Shown: piece by piece, positions 1-51,668 of the stretch
How the letters are laid out: the number at the start of each line of letters is the position of its first letter
Position numbering within the stretch: the stretch's first letter is position 1
Assembly: GCA_951406725.2 (NCBI GenBank)
Contig: OX597828.1
Location: 13,082,001-13,146,000, forward strand
From: Octopus vulgaris
Taxonomy: Eukaryota
Length of the DNA: 64,000 nt
Direction: 5' to 3'
Position numbers and translations under genes: made by a program
The notes under the pieces: model-generated
The model's database searches: none
Told to the model about the DNA's origin: nothing
Seen by the model: only the letters and a program-made list of their open reading frames with translations

Positions 1-39
1 TATAATAATAATAATAATAATAATAACAACAACAACAAC

Positions 40-709
40 AACATTGGTTTCATATTTTGGCACAAGGCCAGCAATTTCTGGGGAGGGAGTTGATGACATC
101 AATCTCAGTGCTCAACTGGTACTTATGTTGTTGACCCTACAAAAGGATGAAAGGCAAAGTCAACCACAGTGGAATTTGAACTCAGAATGTTAAGAGGGAC
201 AAAATACTGCTAAGCATTTTGCCTGGTGCACTAACAATTCTGCCAGCTCACCACCATAATAATAATAATAATAATAATAATAACCCTTTCTACTAAAGAC
301 ACAAGGCCTGAAATTTTGGGGGTAGAGGACTGGTCAATTACATTGAAACCCCCCCCCCCCAGTGTTTCACTGGTACTTAATTTATTGATCCCGAAAGGAT
401 GAAAGGCAAAGTTGACCTTGGTAGAATTTGAACTCAGAAGGTAAGGACAGATAAAATGCTGCTAAGCATATCGCCCGGCTTGCTAACAATTCTGCAAATA
501 ATCCTTTCTACTAAAGGCACAAGGACTGAAGTTTTGGGAGCGGGAACTAGTCAATTACTCCCAGGATTTCACTGGTACTTAATTTATTGATCCCGAAAGG
601 ACAAAAGGCAAAGTTGACCCCAGCAGAATTTGAACCCAGAACATCAAGGTCAACAAAATGCCACTAAGCATTTTGGCCCGCATGTTAACAATTCTGCCCC
701 CTTGCTGCC

Positions 710-741
<32 letters not shown>

Positions 742-1032
742 CCTTTCTATTATAGGCACAAGGCCTGAAATTTGGGAGGAGGGAGTTAAGTTGATTATAT
801 CAACCCCAGTACTCAATTTATCAACCCTGAAAGGATGAAAGGCAAAGTCAACTTGGGCAGAATTTGAACTCAGAACATAGCGACAGACGAAATACCACTA
901 AACATTTCATCCAGCGTGCTAACGATTCTGCCAGCTCGCCAACTTAATGGTTTCAAATTCTGGTACAAGGCTAGCTAATTACATCAGCCTCAATACTCAA
1001 CTGGTACTTAGTTTACCAGCTCTGAAAGGATG
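40..1032 (-). mobile_element. Head-to-tail cluster of ~5 copies of a SINE (GAAAGGATGAAAGGCAAAGTCGACC...GAATTTGAACTCAGAA family) with (AAT)n tails
   Basis: Same ~220-nt unit recurs, mostly separated by (AAT)n; many dispersed copies elsewhere in the window. Confidence 0.85.
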
Positions 1033-1504
1033 ATAATAATAATAATAATAATAATTAGTATGGATATGGCAACACACACACACACACACAATAAATAAAT
1101 GAATAGAACCAAACATTAAAATATAAATATTAAAAGCTCGCAAATCAATTATTGAAGTAATATATATATCATACTTTATTTTCTTGTACCATTTATTACA
1201 AAGTGGTTCGACACATATTTTTTAGACATTGGTCAATTGTTAGCTTGGTCAACAGAAACATCTGAATTCAATATTGCAGGTGAAAAAGATACTCACCAAT
1301 TATACAGTGTCAACACTGAAGGTAGACTTAGCCCCACCACAACCCCAAGCCCCAGCAAATCAATGCATTAGGCTCTCTAGTATTTATTCATTGGCAGCAA
1401 GCCACAGCATACATAGCATAGGCCCTCAGAAATTCTGGGTTGGTGTCTAGCATGCAGGAAGACTACTGCAAGTGAGGCACCCCTCAGCTTTTGTTAAAGT
1501 ATGT

Positions 1505-1945
1505 CTTTCATCATCATCATTGTTCGACCGTGGTCGAGACAATGGAATTTACTATGTTACGCCAGACTTCACGGTCCATCATAGCACTACGGAGGTCCTG
1601 TTGCTGGATGCCTGTATGCCTGGAGATTACATCAGGGTAGGAGAGTGTGCGCCCTCTGGTATCGTGAGTAGATGGCTTCCAGAGGAGAAGAGTAGAAATT
1701 GCCTCGTTTTCAGCTCTACAACAATGTCCAGCAAACTGGACTCTCCTACCTTTCACAAGAGATGATACAGGTGGTAGTTTCCCATATATTTGTACTTTGG
1801 TTGGATGATGCTCCCACGAGAGATTTTGAGCTCCCATAAGGAGGCGAGTAAGTTCCATCCAACTGCCTCTCAAGCTTCTTTGATAATGTCCAGGTTTCTG
1901 AGCCACATAGTAGAATTGGTTCGACTGTGGCTTTGAAGATTTGTC
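1505..1945 (-). mobile_element. RTE-type LINE 3' fragment with (ATG)n tail
   Basis: ORF 1517-1906 has RRVQFAGHCCR...LLLWKP...RGR...MMDREVWR, typical of an RTE-like ORF C-terminus. Confidence 0.8.
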
Positions 1946-3281
1946 TCTAGAACTCGCTTCAAACCCAGGTTATGTCAGCGCCAATAATTGGTGGTGACTT
2001 GGTCAGTGAATCCTCTGTGACAGTTGACAACCAATGGCAAGATGAGCTGCTACAGATCACACTATCCCACAGTGTGTTGCTATGTGACTAGGGACCACGC
2101 ATGAACTTGTATTCCCACTGAAACTCCAAACACAAACTCTACACCTGATCAGCAAATAATGACTATGGTTGAGGCATCCCTGCTACAGCCTTGACTATGG
2201 CCAAGCATTGGCTGTAGTCCACATTCAAGAGGGATGTGGTGAATTCATTGGTTGAAGCTGGCCCAACTCAACCTAGCTGAATTCTGGCACAAGTATAAGT
2301 AAGTACAGCATAGATCAAAACTGGGTCCTTATACTCATGAGGGGTCCCAGTCCACAGGCAACTGCCCAGTGTGTCCATGCCTTAAGACAACACAGGTTAC
2401 ACTATCTGCAGCAAGGAATTATATCTTAAAACAGTAACTCCTAACACAAACCTTAGGTTTTGCTCAATCAGAGATGACTTGGCCTGGGGAGCGGGGGGAA
2501 CTACATAATGACAACAACACAAAATTGGGTCCTTTAGTACAGCAATGGAGGCTATATATATATATGTATATAACATGCTGAAGGTTTAACTAATATCAGT
2601 AACTTATGAAACAGCTTGCTTCAGTTCACCTGGGGACAATCAGAAACCATATCTACTTCACAGCTAAGTGTATAATTAGTAGAAAAAGATATCCAATTGT
2701 GAAACCAATTGCTTTTAGTCCACTCGTAATTTTGAAGTGGGATTTTCTAGGCATAGGCCTGGCTGTGTGGTAAAAGAAGCTTTCTTTGTAACCATGTGGT
2801 TTCAAGTTCAATCCCACTGTGCAGCAACTTGGGCAAGAGTCATCAACTTTAGGCTCAGGCTGACCAATGCCTTGGGAGTGGATTTAGTAGGCAGAAACTG
2901 TGTGGAAGCATGTTGTATAAAATACGAACACATACAAAACATCCAAGGGTGTATTTTTTTTCCCCTCTGTAGATATTATGCTCAGGTCATACAAATTTAA
3001 TTTACTGAGTATTAATTGAAACAGCTGTAAGGGATGAGGATTAATTTGGTGTTAATAATAAATAATTAACTTCCCAATCTCCCTTTTCTTTTTCTTATTT
3101 TATCTGTCTATATGTCTGTCTGTCTGTGTGTGTGTATATATATATATTTTTTCTCTCCTTGTTTTTTCTGTGTCACTTTCTGTAGAAGAGCGTAGGCTCG
3201 AAATGTAAAAAACTTTTTTTATTCCTGTGCGTTATACTAATACATCTGCCTGTCTTCGTCTTTTGTTTTTTCGTAAACTCT

Positions 3282-3322
<41 letters not shown>

Positions 3323-4439
3323 TATGTTTTTTTTTACTACCAACAAGGGGCTAAACATAGAGGGGACAAACAAGGACAGACAAAGGGATTAAGTTGATTA
3401 CATCAACCCCAGTGCGAAACTGGTACTTTATTTATCAACCCCGAAAGGATGAAAGGCAAAGTCGACATACAGACGAAATACCACTAATGTTTCTGCCAGC
3501 TCGCCGCTGGCATATATATATGTCTAGACTGAGCTTTACAAAGGACTGAGATATCTGTGCCCTGCTGTACTCAAGAAGACTTGTCTGCCACATAAAAAGC
3601 ACCCAATACACTATGTGGAGGGGTTGGCATTAGGAAAGGCATCCAGCTATAGAAACCATGCCAGGACAGACAATGGAACCTGGTGCAGCCCTGGTCAAAC
3701 CATCTAACCCATGCCAGCATAGAAAACAGACATTAAATGATGATGATATGTGCATGTGCATCAGTTCCCTATCACCCTTCCACTGCCGATGACTGGTGTG
3801 GGTTTGTTGATATCCCCATAACTTAGCAGTCTGGCAAAAAAGACTGATACAGTAAGTACATGACTTAAATAGAAAATAAATACTAGGATTGATTTCAGTC
3901 TGGTGACAAATAAAAGATAAAAGAACTAAAAAATTATATATCAATTAATCCTTTTGTGGCAAAATATCTAATGAACAAATTTGCCAAAATGTTTCAATGT
4001 AGTCAAGACTAATGGAGGAGTTTTGTAAAATATTTAGTAAAGCATTTGTATGTCTTCCCTTCATAAATGTTTGAGTTTCAAAATGCAGCTGCAACAAATC
4101 CATGGTTAACCAACACCATCCTTAATTATTTTACATATGTTCAATTACAAAATCTGTGTTAAAAAGATAATTGCTTTAAGTGAACTTGTTTCATATGCTA
4201 TTTAACACTTGTGATACTAAGCCGACTGAGATCATTCTTAGTTCTATGATACAAATTTCCGGTTTAAAAAACAAAAAAAATGATGATGATGATGATCATC
4301 ATCATCATCCTCATTATCATCGTCGTCATCATCATTTAACATCTGTTTTCCATACTGGTATAGGCACTTTTACATGGAGTTGCCACAGGTGCTTTTATGT
4401 GGTACCACATGGGTGCTGCTAAATGGTGCCTATATACAT

Positions 4440-5830
4440 ATACTGGGATGGAGAATGACAGGTTACTCAAAACAGTTGTTTTATGGTAAACATCCGTGGC
4501 ATAAACATAAAAAGCATTTTAGGAGTGCTGTCAAAAATAACCTTAACCCTTTCGTTACCAAACCGCCCGAAAAAAATTTTGGTTAATGTGACCAAACCGC
4601 CCAAACCCGCCCGAATTTACCTATTCATATTTAAATGAGAATATCAGAGCAAATCTCTTTAGTACATTCGTGAAAACACGTGATTATGCTTCGTAATCAG
4701 TTAATCTACAGTTTTGTACAACGATCGACGTGTAATTTTAATTCCCTGAATTTTGGGAGATTTTTTTCCACATTTTTTTCGGCAACGATTTTTCTTCAAC
4801 TTTGAAAATGGATAGGAGTTTCATGTTATCAAGCATTGATTCCGAATTGGAAAATTTGTGAAACAAATACTGGGTACTGTTGTGGATTTAGTTTTTATAC
4901 AGGGAAACTAATGTTAGTCAGCATGGCTTAGGGTATGATGTGGTCTGGAAGTTATTGTTTGAAGCGATCAATGCGGAAACAAACTTATGCAGATTGTAAA
5001 CAAACACAAAATGGGGGTTCAAATTTCGGAAAATTTGTGAAGCAAATACTGGGTACTGCGTGGATTTAGTTTTTATACAGGGAAAATAATGTTAGTCAGC
5101 ATGGCCTAGGGTATGATGTGGTATGGAATTTATCACTTCCATACCATAACCAGGGCCGTATATTATTTTTTGACCGATTTCTTTAGTTTGGTCAAACTTA
5201 CGGTGGATTCCAGTATTTCACTTTATTCCACCTTTATGGTACACCTGTTGTGCATTAAATTCAACTGATGATATAGTGATGTGCACATTTCTTCTTTATC
5301 AAAATTTTGTTGCATACCCATTTGAATATTAGCTGATGATTCATTTTCTATGGTGATGTTTAAACAAAATTTTAATATTTTTACCTTTTGCTCAATTTAA
5401 AATTTTAATATTTTTACCTTTTGCTCAATTTAAAATTTTAATATTTTTACCATTTGCTCAATTTACCTGGATTTACCTGTAATTAAAGTCACTTTGAGAC
5501 AAAAGTTATGCAATAGAATTGATTAAGAACCCTTTCTTTAATTATGTTCCAAATATCACATTAATATGTTGATAAGTAAAAAAGTTACAGTTATTTAATG
5601 AAACAAGCCTAGATTCACGATTATTTTAGAATTTAATTGAAACTCATGAGGGGTGTATTTTGGTCAGAAATATATTAACGAAAGGGTTAAGGCTCTTAGT
5701 GCATGTGTTGAAAACTGGAAATGGATGATGGAAAACCATTTGGTCTGAAATGAAGAGATCTACGATTGTAGTAAAAATTTGAAAATGAGAATTAAATACT
5801 CCATCATGAAATGAGCACTCTATAAACAGG
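4440..5830 (+). mobile_element. Degenerate RTE LINE 3' fragment split by a piggyBac insertion
   Basis: RMTGYSKQLFYGK...KHFRSAVKNNL stops at the TTAA site and resumes after 5690 as KALSACVENWKW. Confidence 0.55.
4547..5686 (+). mobile_element. Non-autonomous piggyBac derivative carrying mid-transposase remnants
   Basis: TTAA TSDs, TIR CCCTTTCGTTA; remnants read KICEANTGYC, FYTGK, HGLGYDVVW, HNQGRILFFDRF. Confidence 0.9.
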
Positions 5831-6059
5831 ATTTGATCTCAATTCTGGATGCTTTGTAACATCTGCTGTAAGGTAGGTCTGTTTCATCCTAATCAGGACT
5901 TGCTAATCATGAGCTCTCATTATGGCATTTACTAAGTGACAATCATCATCATCATCATCATCTATATATATATAGAGTGAAGGGTAAAAACCACCTCCGG
6001 TCATAAGTAACCATGGGATTACGCCATAGCTTTATGATTGTGAGCTTAATACTGTAATT

Positions 6060-6770
6060 CAGTGGTTCCCAATGTGGGATATACGCCCCACCAGTGGCGT
6101 TTAGAAAAATTGTGGTGGGGCGTCAGATTCGAAATTTTTGTTTCTTTTTTTTTTAGTGGGACATGGAATCATGAAAATCTTTTCTTCTTACAGCTAACAT
6201 GCTCAGCATAGCCAAACCAATTCCTCCAGTCAAACATACTGTGTGAAGATGGTCTTCACAGTATAGTGCTATTCTAATGCCCAAGTATGGATATTTCTTT
6301 AAGGAAAGTATATATTCTTTTATTTGTTGCAGTCATTTGACTGTGGCCACACTGAAGCACTCAAACGGTTCTTTTAGTCAAAGAAATCAACCCCAGGACT
6401 TATTCTTTGTAAGCCTAGTACATCAGTCTCTTTTGCTGCACCACTAAGTTATGGGGATAAAAACACACCAACACTGATTGTCAAGCAATGGTGGGAGGAC
6501 AAACACAGACACAAAAACACACACACATATATACAATGGGCTTCTTTCAGTTTCTATCAATCAAATCCACTCACAAGGCTTTGGTCAACCGGAGGCTGTA
6601 GTAGAAAACACTTGCCCAAGGTGCCCTGCAGTGGGACTGAACCCAGAACTATGTGGTTGGGAAGAAAATATTAAATATGAATTTTTTTTTTTTCCAAGCA
6701 ACTAGTAGGGTATAGATTTTTTTAGGAAAGTTATGGTGGGGCCTGGTGGAAAATAGGTTGGGAAACACTG
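6060..6770. mobile_element. hAT-like MITE with nested SINE
   Basis: Termini CAGTGGTTCCCAA...TTGGGAAACACTG; related copy near 45459-46285. Confidence 0.6.
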
Positions 6771-7244
6771 CTCTAGTTATCATGCAAGTTACCTTTGTAC
6801 CTTTACACTTACAAAGTGTATTGGTTGCTATCATACCAGTGGCATTTTGAGAGGTTGTCCAATACAAACTGAACTGCAACGTGCTCTAAACTATGTATCA
6901 ATTTTGGTTCTAAACAGGGAGTCAGTGGTGTTGTTTGTGGAATCAATACCTTGTTTATGCATCAGCATCTATTGAGCTAGATTACTCTTGGTTTCACACA
7001 CTGGACAGTGGCCAAGCTGGAACATTTCATTCGAGGGTAGAGTCATTTACATCAACCTAAATACTTATTGGTATCAACCTTGGAAAGATGAAACGCAGAG
7101 TGCAGCTGGGTAAGATTTGATTACAGAGAGTAAAGGGATGTCAACAAATACCAGAAGGTATTTACTTAATTGAATCTGTCATTGACTCACCATTGATGTC
7201 TTTGTTCTTTTCTCTTTTTTTTTAATCTTTCTTTCATGGTTTAA

Positions 7245-8331
7245 CCCTTTCGTTACCAAACCGCCCACAGCGGCCCGAAAAAAATTTTGGTTAATGTGAC
7301 CAAACCGCCAAAACCCGCCCATATTTACCTATGCATATTTAAATGAGAATATCAGAGCAAATCTCTTTAGTACATTCGTGAAAACACGTATTATACTTCG
7401 TAAACAGTTCAACTACAGTTTTGTACAACAATCGAAGTGTAATTTTAATTCCGTGAATTTTGGGAGATTTTTTTTCCGAAATTTGTTCCTATTGTGTTTT
7501 TAAAATTTGTAATTCTGACAAAAAATGGATACGAATTTCCTTATATCAAGCAGCGAGTCAGAATTCGAAGGATTTTCTACTGAAGACCTTCATAAATCTA
7601 ACTCTATGACTGAAAAAAAAAAGCACGTGGTATTTGATAATGAATCTGATGTTTCATTTTCCGAAAGTGAAAACAGTGAATCCGAGAGCTCTGACAGCGA
7701 TAAAGAAAATGAATTGGTACTTGAATGGAGTGAAAATTTAAAAACTGTTTCTTTTGGTGATTTTTCTGAAGAAACTGGACCAAGCCACAGACTTTCCCAG
7801 GAGAGTAAAGCCTTAGACTATTTCTTTTTACCTTTTCGAATGAGCCTATTTGAAATCATTACGGCAGAAACGAACCGTTACGCTAAATGTAAACAAAGTG
7901 AAAGAAAGGATAGTTAGTGGTTTCCCACAACCTTAAATGAAATTAAGACTATTTTGCCATAAATATTATTATGGGTATCAGAAAGTTACCCAGAATAACA
8001 AATTCTATCGTAAAATTTTGTTGTATACCCAACTGAATATTAGCTAATAACCCATTTTCTATAGCGATGTTTGAACAAAATTTTAATAATTTTATATTTT
8101 GTTGAATTTACCTGTATCTACCTGCAATTAGAGTCACTTTGTGACAAAAATTATAGTATAGAATTGGTTGAGAACATTTCATTAAATTATCTTCCCAAAA
8201 TCTCATTAATATATTGATAAATAAAAAAGTTATAGTTGTTTAATGAAACCAGACTAAATTTATGATTACGTTAGAAATTAATTGAAACACATTAGGGGTG
8301 TATTTTGGTCAGAAATATAGTAACGAAAGGG
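7245..8331 (+). mobile_element. Non-autonomous piggyBac derivative carrying the transposase N-terminus
   Basis: TTAA TSDs, same TIRs and subterminal sequence as 4547-5686; ORF 7525-7917 has an acidic N-terminus and FEIITAETNRYA. Confidence 0.9.
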
Positions 8332-8715
8332 TTAATACAACACTGTTTTATATCATGACTTGATTTAAATATACAATAAAATTTATAGAATAATTTAATA
8401 GAATAAGAAAAGAAAAAAGAGGGAGGAATGAATCAAATGAGGAATACAAGAAAATAAAGAAATAAAAAGTTTCAAGTAACCCAACACCAAAAATATTTTT
8501 AAAATAAATAATATAAAATGAAGGTTTTAACATACACCATATATCTGTGTGTATGTGTGTGTGTATATATATATATATGTACACACACACAAGCAACACA
8601 TGGTACATATAAATATATACATACACGAGTAACATATAATATATAATATATACATACAAACAATGCATATAATATATATAATATATACACACATACAATG
8701 CATATACTACATATG

Positions 8716-8764
<49 letters not shown>

Positions 8765-8769
<5 letters not shown>

Positions 8770-9652
8770 CATTCCAGAAGCATTGAGACTTTTTCAGGAG
8801 AGACATGTATTAATTTCAGAAAAAATGTACAAAATTCTAATCTTCTTCAAAATAGTTGCTTATGATTCAATGCACTTTTTGTAGCACTCCAGCCATTTCA
8901 TTAAAGACCCTATGGAAGTCCTCCAAAACAAAAGTGCCCAGGACCTTTGTCACAACTTCCTTCATCTTCTTTTTCAGCTTGGGGAATAACCAAAAGTCGC
9001 AAGGAGCAATTCCTGGACTGTAAGGGAGGGTGAGCTGCAGTTTTGATGCCCATTTCTGTTGAGTAGTTAATTAAACAGGATGGAACTGTGAACTGGTGCA
9101 CATTGTCCTGGTGCAAGAGCTCTGACCGTTTGCGACAAAATCTGTTCCTGAGCTCCCTCAAAACCTCCACAAAGTACTCTTCGGTGAATGTATGGCCAAA
9201 AGAAACCCAGGGGATGTAGATGATGCTCTTGCTGTTGACAAAACAAAAACAAAGGGATCACCACGAGCTTTCACTTTCCAGTGGACACGCTGAACCTGGC
9301 CTCTTGTGCCAGCGAAAAACAAATGCTTGGCTCATACAAGTTAATCCAAAATAAGTTGGGGGCATTTCGTAAGTCTCTGCAAGATTTTAGCCCAGTTTAA
9401 CACAAAACATTGCTGCATAGTGAGCTTCCTGTTTGACTTCATGTTCTGTAAGCTAGACAGCTGTAACAAGCAGTGTTCACAAGGATGTTCAAAGTGCTGT
9501 CACAGCTGCCTCTTTCAATCTGGGATAACAAAAGCTAGCAGGTCAGCTTATTAGATATGAAGTAATGCCATACTTAAAAAATTCACAGCAATCTAGGACA
9601 ATTATAATTGTCTCTCATAAAAAAATCTCAAAACTTCTGGAATGCACCTCAT
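8765..9652 (-). mobile_element. Decayed mariner-like transposon
   Basis: TIRs GTGCATTCCAGAAG / CTTCTGGAATGCAC within (TA)n; remnants EVLRELR...LLHQDN...HPP. Confidence 0.8.
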
Positions 9653-9659
9653 ATATGTA

Positions 9660-9727
<68 letters not shown>

Positions 9728-9967
9728 TATGCACACACACACACACATATATATATATATGAGTGGATAAATGAAAGAGGGGCACACAACACATTTATTG
9801 GGAGTTACATGTATGGATCAAAACAGTTTGACTCAAATTTGTTGGTACTCCAAGAGTTTCAAGAGTGATGCTAATCTTCAGCCATTTTGAATTCAAAATG
9901 GCTGAAGATTAGCATCACTCTTGAAACTCTCGGAGTACCAACAAATTTGAATCAAATTGTTTTGATC

Positions 9968-10030
<63 letters not shown>

Positions 10031-10039
10031 ATATATATA

Positions 10040-10090
<51 letters not shown>

Positions 10091-10200
10091 ATCTTTTATA
10101 TCAAAATGAATTTGTATCAGTCTTCAGCATGCAACTGATAATTTGGGACACAAGATGACCAATTACCTCAAACACCCAATCCTGCCCGCAACATGCACTG

Positions 10201-10206
10201 TTTATT
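10201..10206 (-). promoter_or_regulatory. Candidate polyadenylation signal AATAAA for YIPF3
   Basis: TTTATT on the plus strand ~130 nt past the stop codon. Confidence 0.45.
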
Positions 10207-10335
10207 TGCTTTGAATAAAATCCCTAGGAAATTAAACTTTTCAGCCAAATAGTTAGGCCTTGGGAAGAATATTCAGAGTTTGCTGACCTTGCTGTTTGCT
10301 TGCATTTGTAGTAGAAGTAGTAGTAGCAGTAAACA

Positions 10336-49107
<38,772 letters not shown>

Positions 49108-49549
49108 CGCTGTGACATCACTGACCAACTCTCGTTTACCTCCCCCCGCACCAACACTAACCCTCCCCCTCATCTCGTTTAACCCCCCCCCCCAAACACT
49201 AACCCTTCCCCCCTCTCGTTTACTCCCCCACCAACACTAACCCCCCCCTCATCTCGTTTACCCCCCACACACACACACACACACTAACCCTTTCCCTCTC
49301 TCGTTTACCCTCCTCCACACTAATCCATCCCCCCTCTCGTTTACCCCCCCAACACTAATCTCTCTCCCCTCCTCTCGTTCTCTCTCTCTGTCTCTGCTTT
49401 ACAAAACGAGACTTTAACGAGATTTCTTTCAATAACACAAATAGGCGGACTTTTTTGATCTTGTTTCTGTCGTTTCCACGTTTCATCTCGTTTGTCATTC
49501 ATGACATAGAAGCAGCGATGCTTGTTTTTGGCCCTTAGTTGTTCTCACG

Positions 49550-49581
<32 letters not shown>

Positions 49582-49700
49582 CATATATTTATATATATAT
49601 ATATATATATAGATAGAGAGAGAGCGTACAAGTGACACTGTGCATACAGCATAAAGCAGTGATGAAGGTGGAAAGCTGAAGGTAAGCAATAAAAATCCAT
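49108..49700. promoter_or_regulatory. Probable bidirectional promoter region (YIPF3 / plus-strand gene)
   Basis: CpG-richer than flanks; YIPF3 ATG at 49107 on the minus strand and a strong plus-strand donor AAG|GTAAGC at 49681/49682. Confidence 0.55.
49128..49380. repeat. C-rich minisatellite, ~6 units of CTCGTTTA-Cn-ACACTAA-Cn
   Basis: Repeated motifs directly visible immediately upstream of the YIPF3 ATG. Confidence 0.85.
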
Positions 49701-51280
49701 CATTTTTTTCAGGGGGTAACTCCATCAATTCTTTCGTGTCCAACAAATGCTTCCTACAATGTCTTAGTCTTCTATCGCAATGCCATTCACGTCTCGGGTG
49801 CTTTATAGGAATGCTAAATCGATTCCAGTAACACGCGGGAAGCATCTCATTGTTAAAACATTCACCAGGCTGGTTAATTTAATTTTTTTCTTTTTTGTGG
49901 GGTTCCCGGGTGAAGATCTTTGGTGTAGCCGTATTTCGTCTGCCGCTACGTTCTGAGTTCAAATTCCGCCGAGGTCAACTTTGCCTTTCATCCTTTCGGG
50001 GTCGATAAATTAAGTACCAGTTACGCACTGGGGTCGATGTAATCGACTTAATCCGCTTGTCTGTCCTTGTTTGTCCCCTCTGTGTTTAGCTCCTTGTGGG
50101 TAGTAAAAAAAATAGGTATTACTTAAGAAGAGTGGTCCCGGTGCGCGCACTCGCGTACTCGCGCATCCGAGCTAGCTAGTCGTGACTAGTCGATCCTTAC
50201 TTTGTGTTTTTATGTTTTATTTAGTTTGTGTAAAATAAATTATTTTGTGTTTTATTTACTTGGCTAGGTAGTCGTTGTAGGATCGACTAGCTAGCGTGAG
50301 TGCGCGCACCGGGTCCACTCTTAAGTAATACCGATCTTTATATTAACCAGTAAACCTCTATCAACTTACAACCAACTGTTTAAAAAACAGAAAAGGGTTT
50401 CGTTGGATTACGTGCTGTGGAAAATCCCACCGGGTGTGTTCGTTAGAATATTTGTTTATTTATATCCCTTTACGTTTCATGTTTAGATCCCGCCAAGGAA
50501 TTCAAACATAAAACGTGGAAATCAAGTTCGGCGTAACCCTAACCACCGGTTGCAATTATTCTTTACTTTCGCCTAAAGTACCAATCAAGTACTGGAGTCC
50601 ATAAAGTTTCGAACTAAGTCGCTCACATAAGTTGGAGTTCCTCTGTTTTGACGGGGATTTTTGAATTTTTTTTTTATTTCACCACACACTTCAAAATGAT
50701 GGGAGAAGATGGATTTCAACACGTTTGTTTTTTTGATAACGGTTTCTCCCATCGTTTTTAAGTGCATAGTGCAAAAAAGTCTATGCTGAGGGCCCCAGAG
50801 AGGGGGAGAGTTGGGGTAAAGAAAAATCATAGATCTTCAAAAATGTTTAGGTAGGTGACCTATTCCGAAACTCCGCCTTGGAAACGGTTTTAAACTTGTG
50901 TTGTTCAATATATAAGGTCAAGATAAGGTATTTCCAGTGAAGCACTCAACCCAAGAGTTATGGGCTATCAACACGCAGATTCCAGACTAATACCGAAACT
51001 CTTCAGGTGTAGAAAGAAAATCCTGATTTCACGACGGTAAAACCTTTTTGTTGGTTTCCTCCTGAGATAAGCAAAACGAAAACTATATCTGGAAGATGCA
51101 CGATGTAAGAGTGCACCTCTGTTGCAAGTCTGATGAAGAGTCACTCTGATGTTGAACCGCAAATATTACGTAAATTCTCACTTTAAATTTTTGCATAAAC
51201 TGGCGTTGCAAGCAAGAGTTGGTATTAAAACAATTATAACTGTGTTAGAGTATTTCTTTGGATTATATTTTACTCGTTGT

Positions 51281-51668
51281 TTATATACCTAAGTCAAGTT
51301 GTGTGTCTGTCTCCTACGATTTAGATTCCTAACTACTCCCACATTTTGCGGTGCAGTTTAACCAAAACCGGGTATCTTATAGTCGTGATTCATATCGAGC
51401 CCTTCTGGGTATTAGCGCGCGTCTACGATGAGTTACGAAAAAAAATTACCATCATTTTTTTCCATTTTAATGCATTTTTTCGCTATTATATAAGGGAAGT
51501 AACTCTCTAAAAATGTCTACGATGAGTCAACGATTTAAAAAAAAATTTACCATAATTTTTTTCCATTTTTTAATGCATTTCTTTGCTATATTTTGGCTAT
51601 AACTCTCTAAAAATGCTTATATAGTTATTTCCCTTACAAACCCGAGCAATGCCGGGCGATACTGCTAG
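51281..51668 (+). mobile_element. Non-autonomous Helitron, shorter variant with an internal duplication
   Basis: Same 5' block and CCCGAGCAATGCCGGGCGATACTGCTAG 3' end as 12818-13330. Confidence 0.8.

Noticed and set aside
7525-7917. Possible domesticated PGBD gene
   Set aside because: Stops before the catalytic domain and sits within TIR/TTAA-bounded element ends.
8348-9868. ORFs rich in [12 protein letters not shown] (also 19197-19921, 39401-39877)
   Set aside because: Translations of (TA)n and (CA)n microsatellites.
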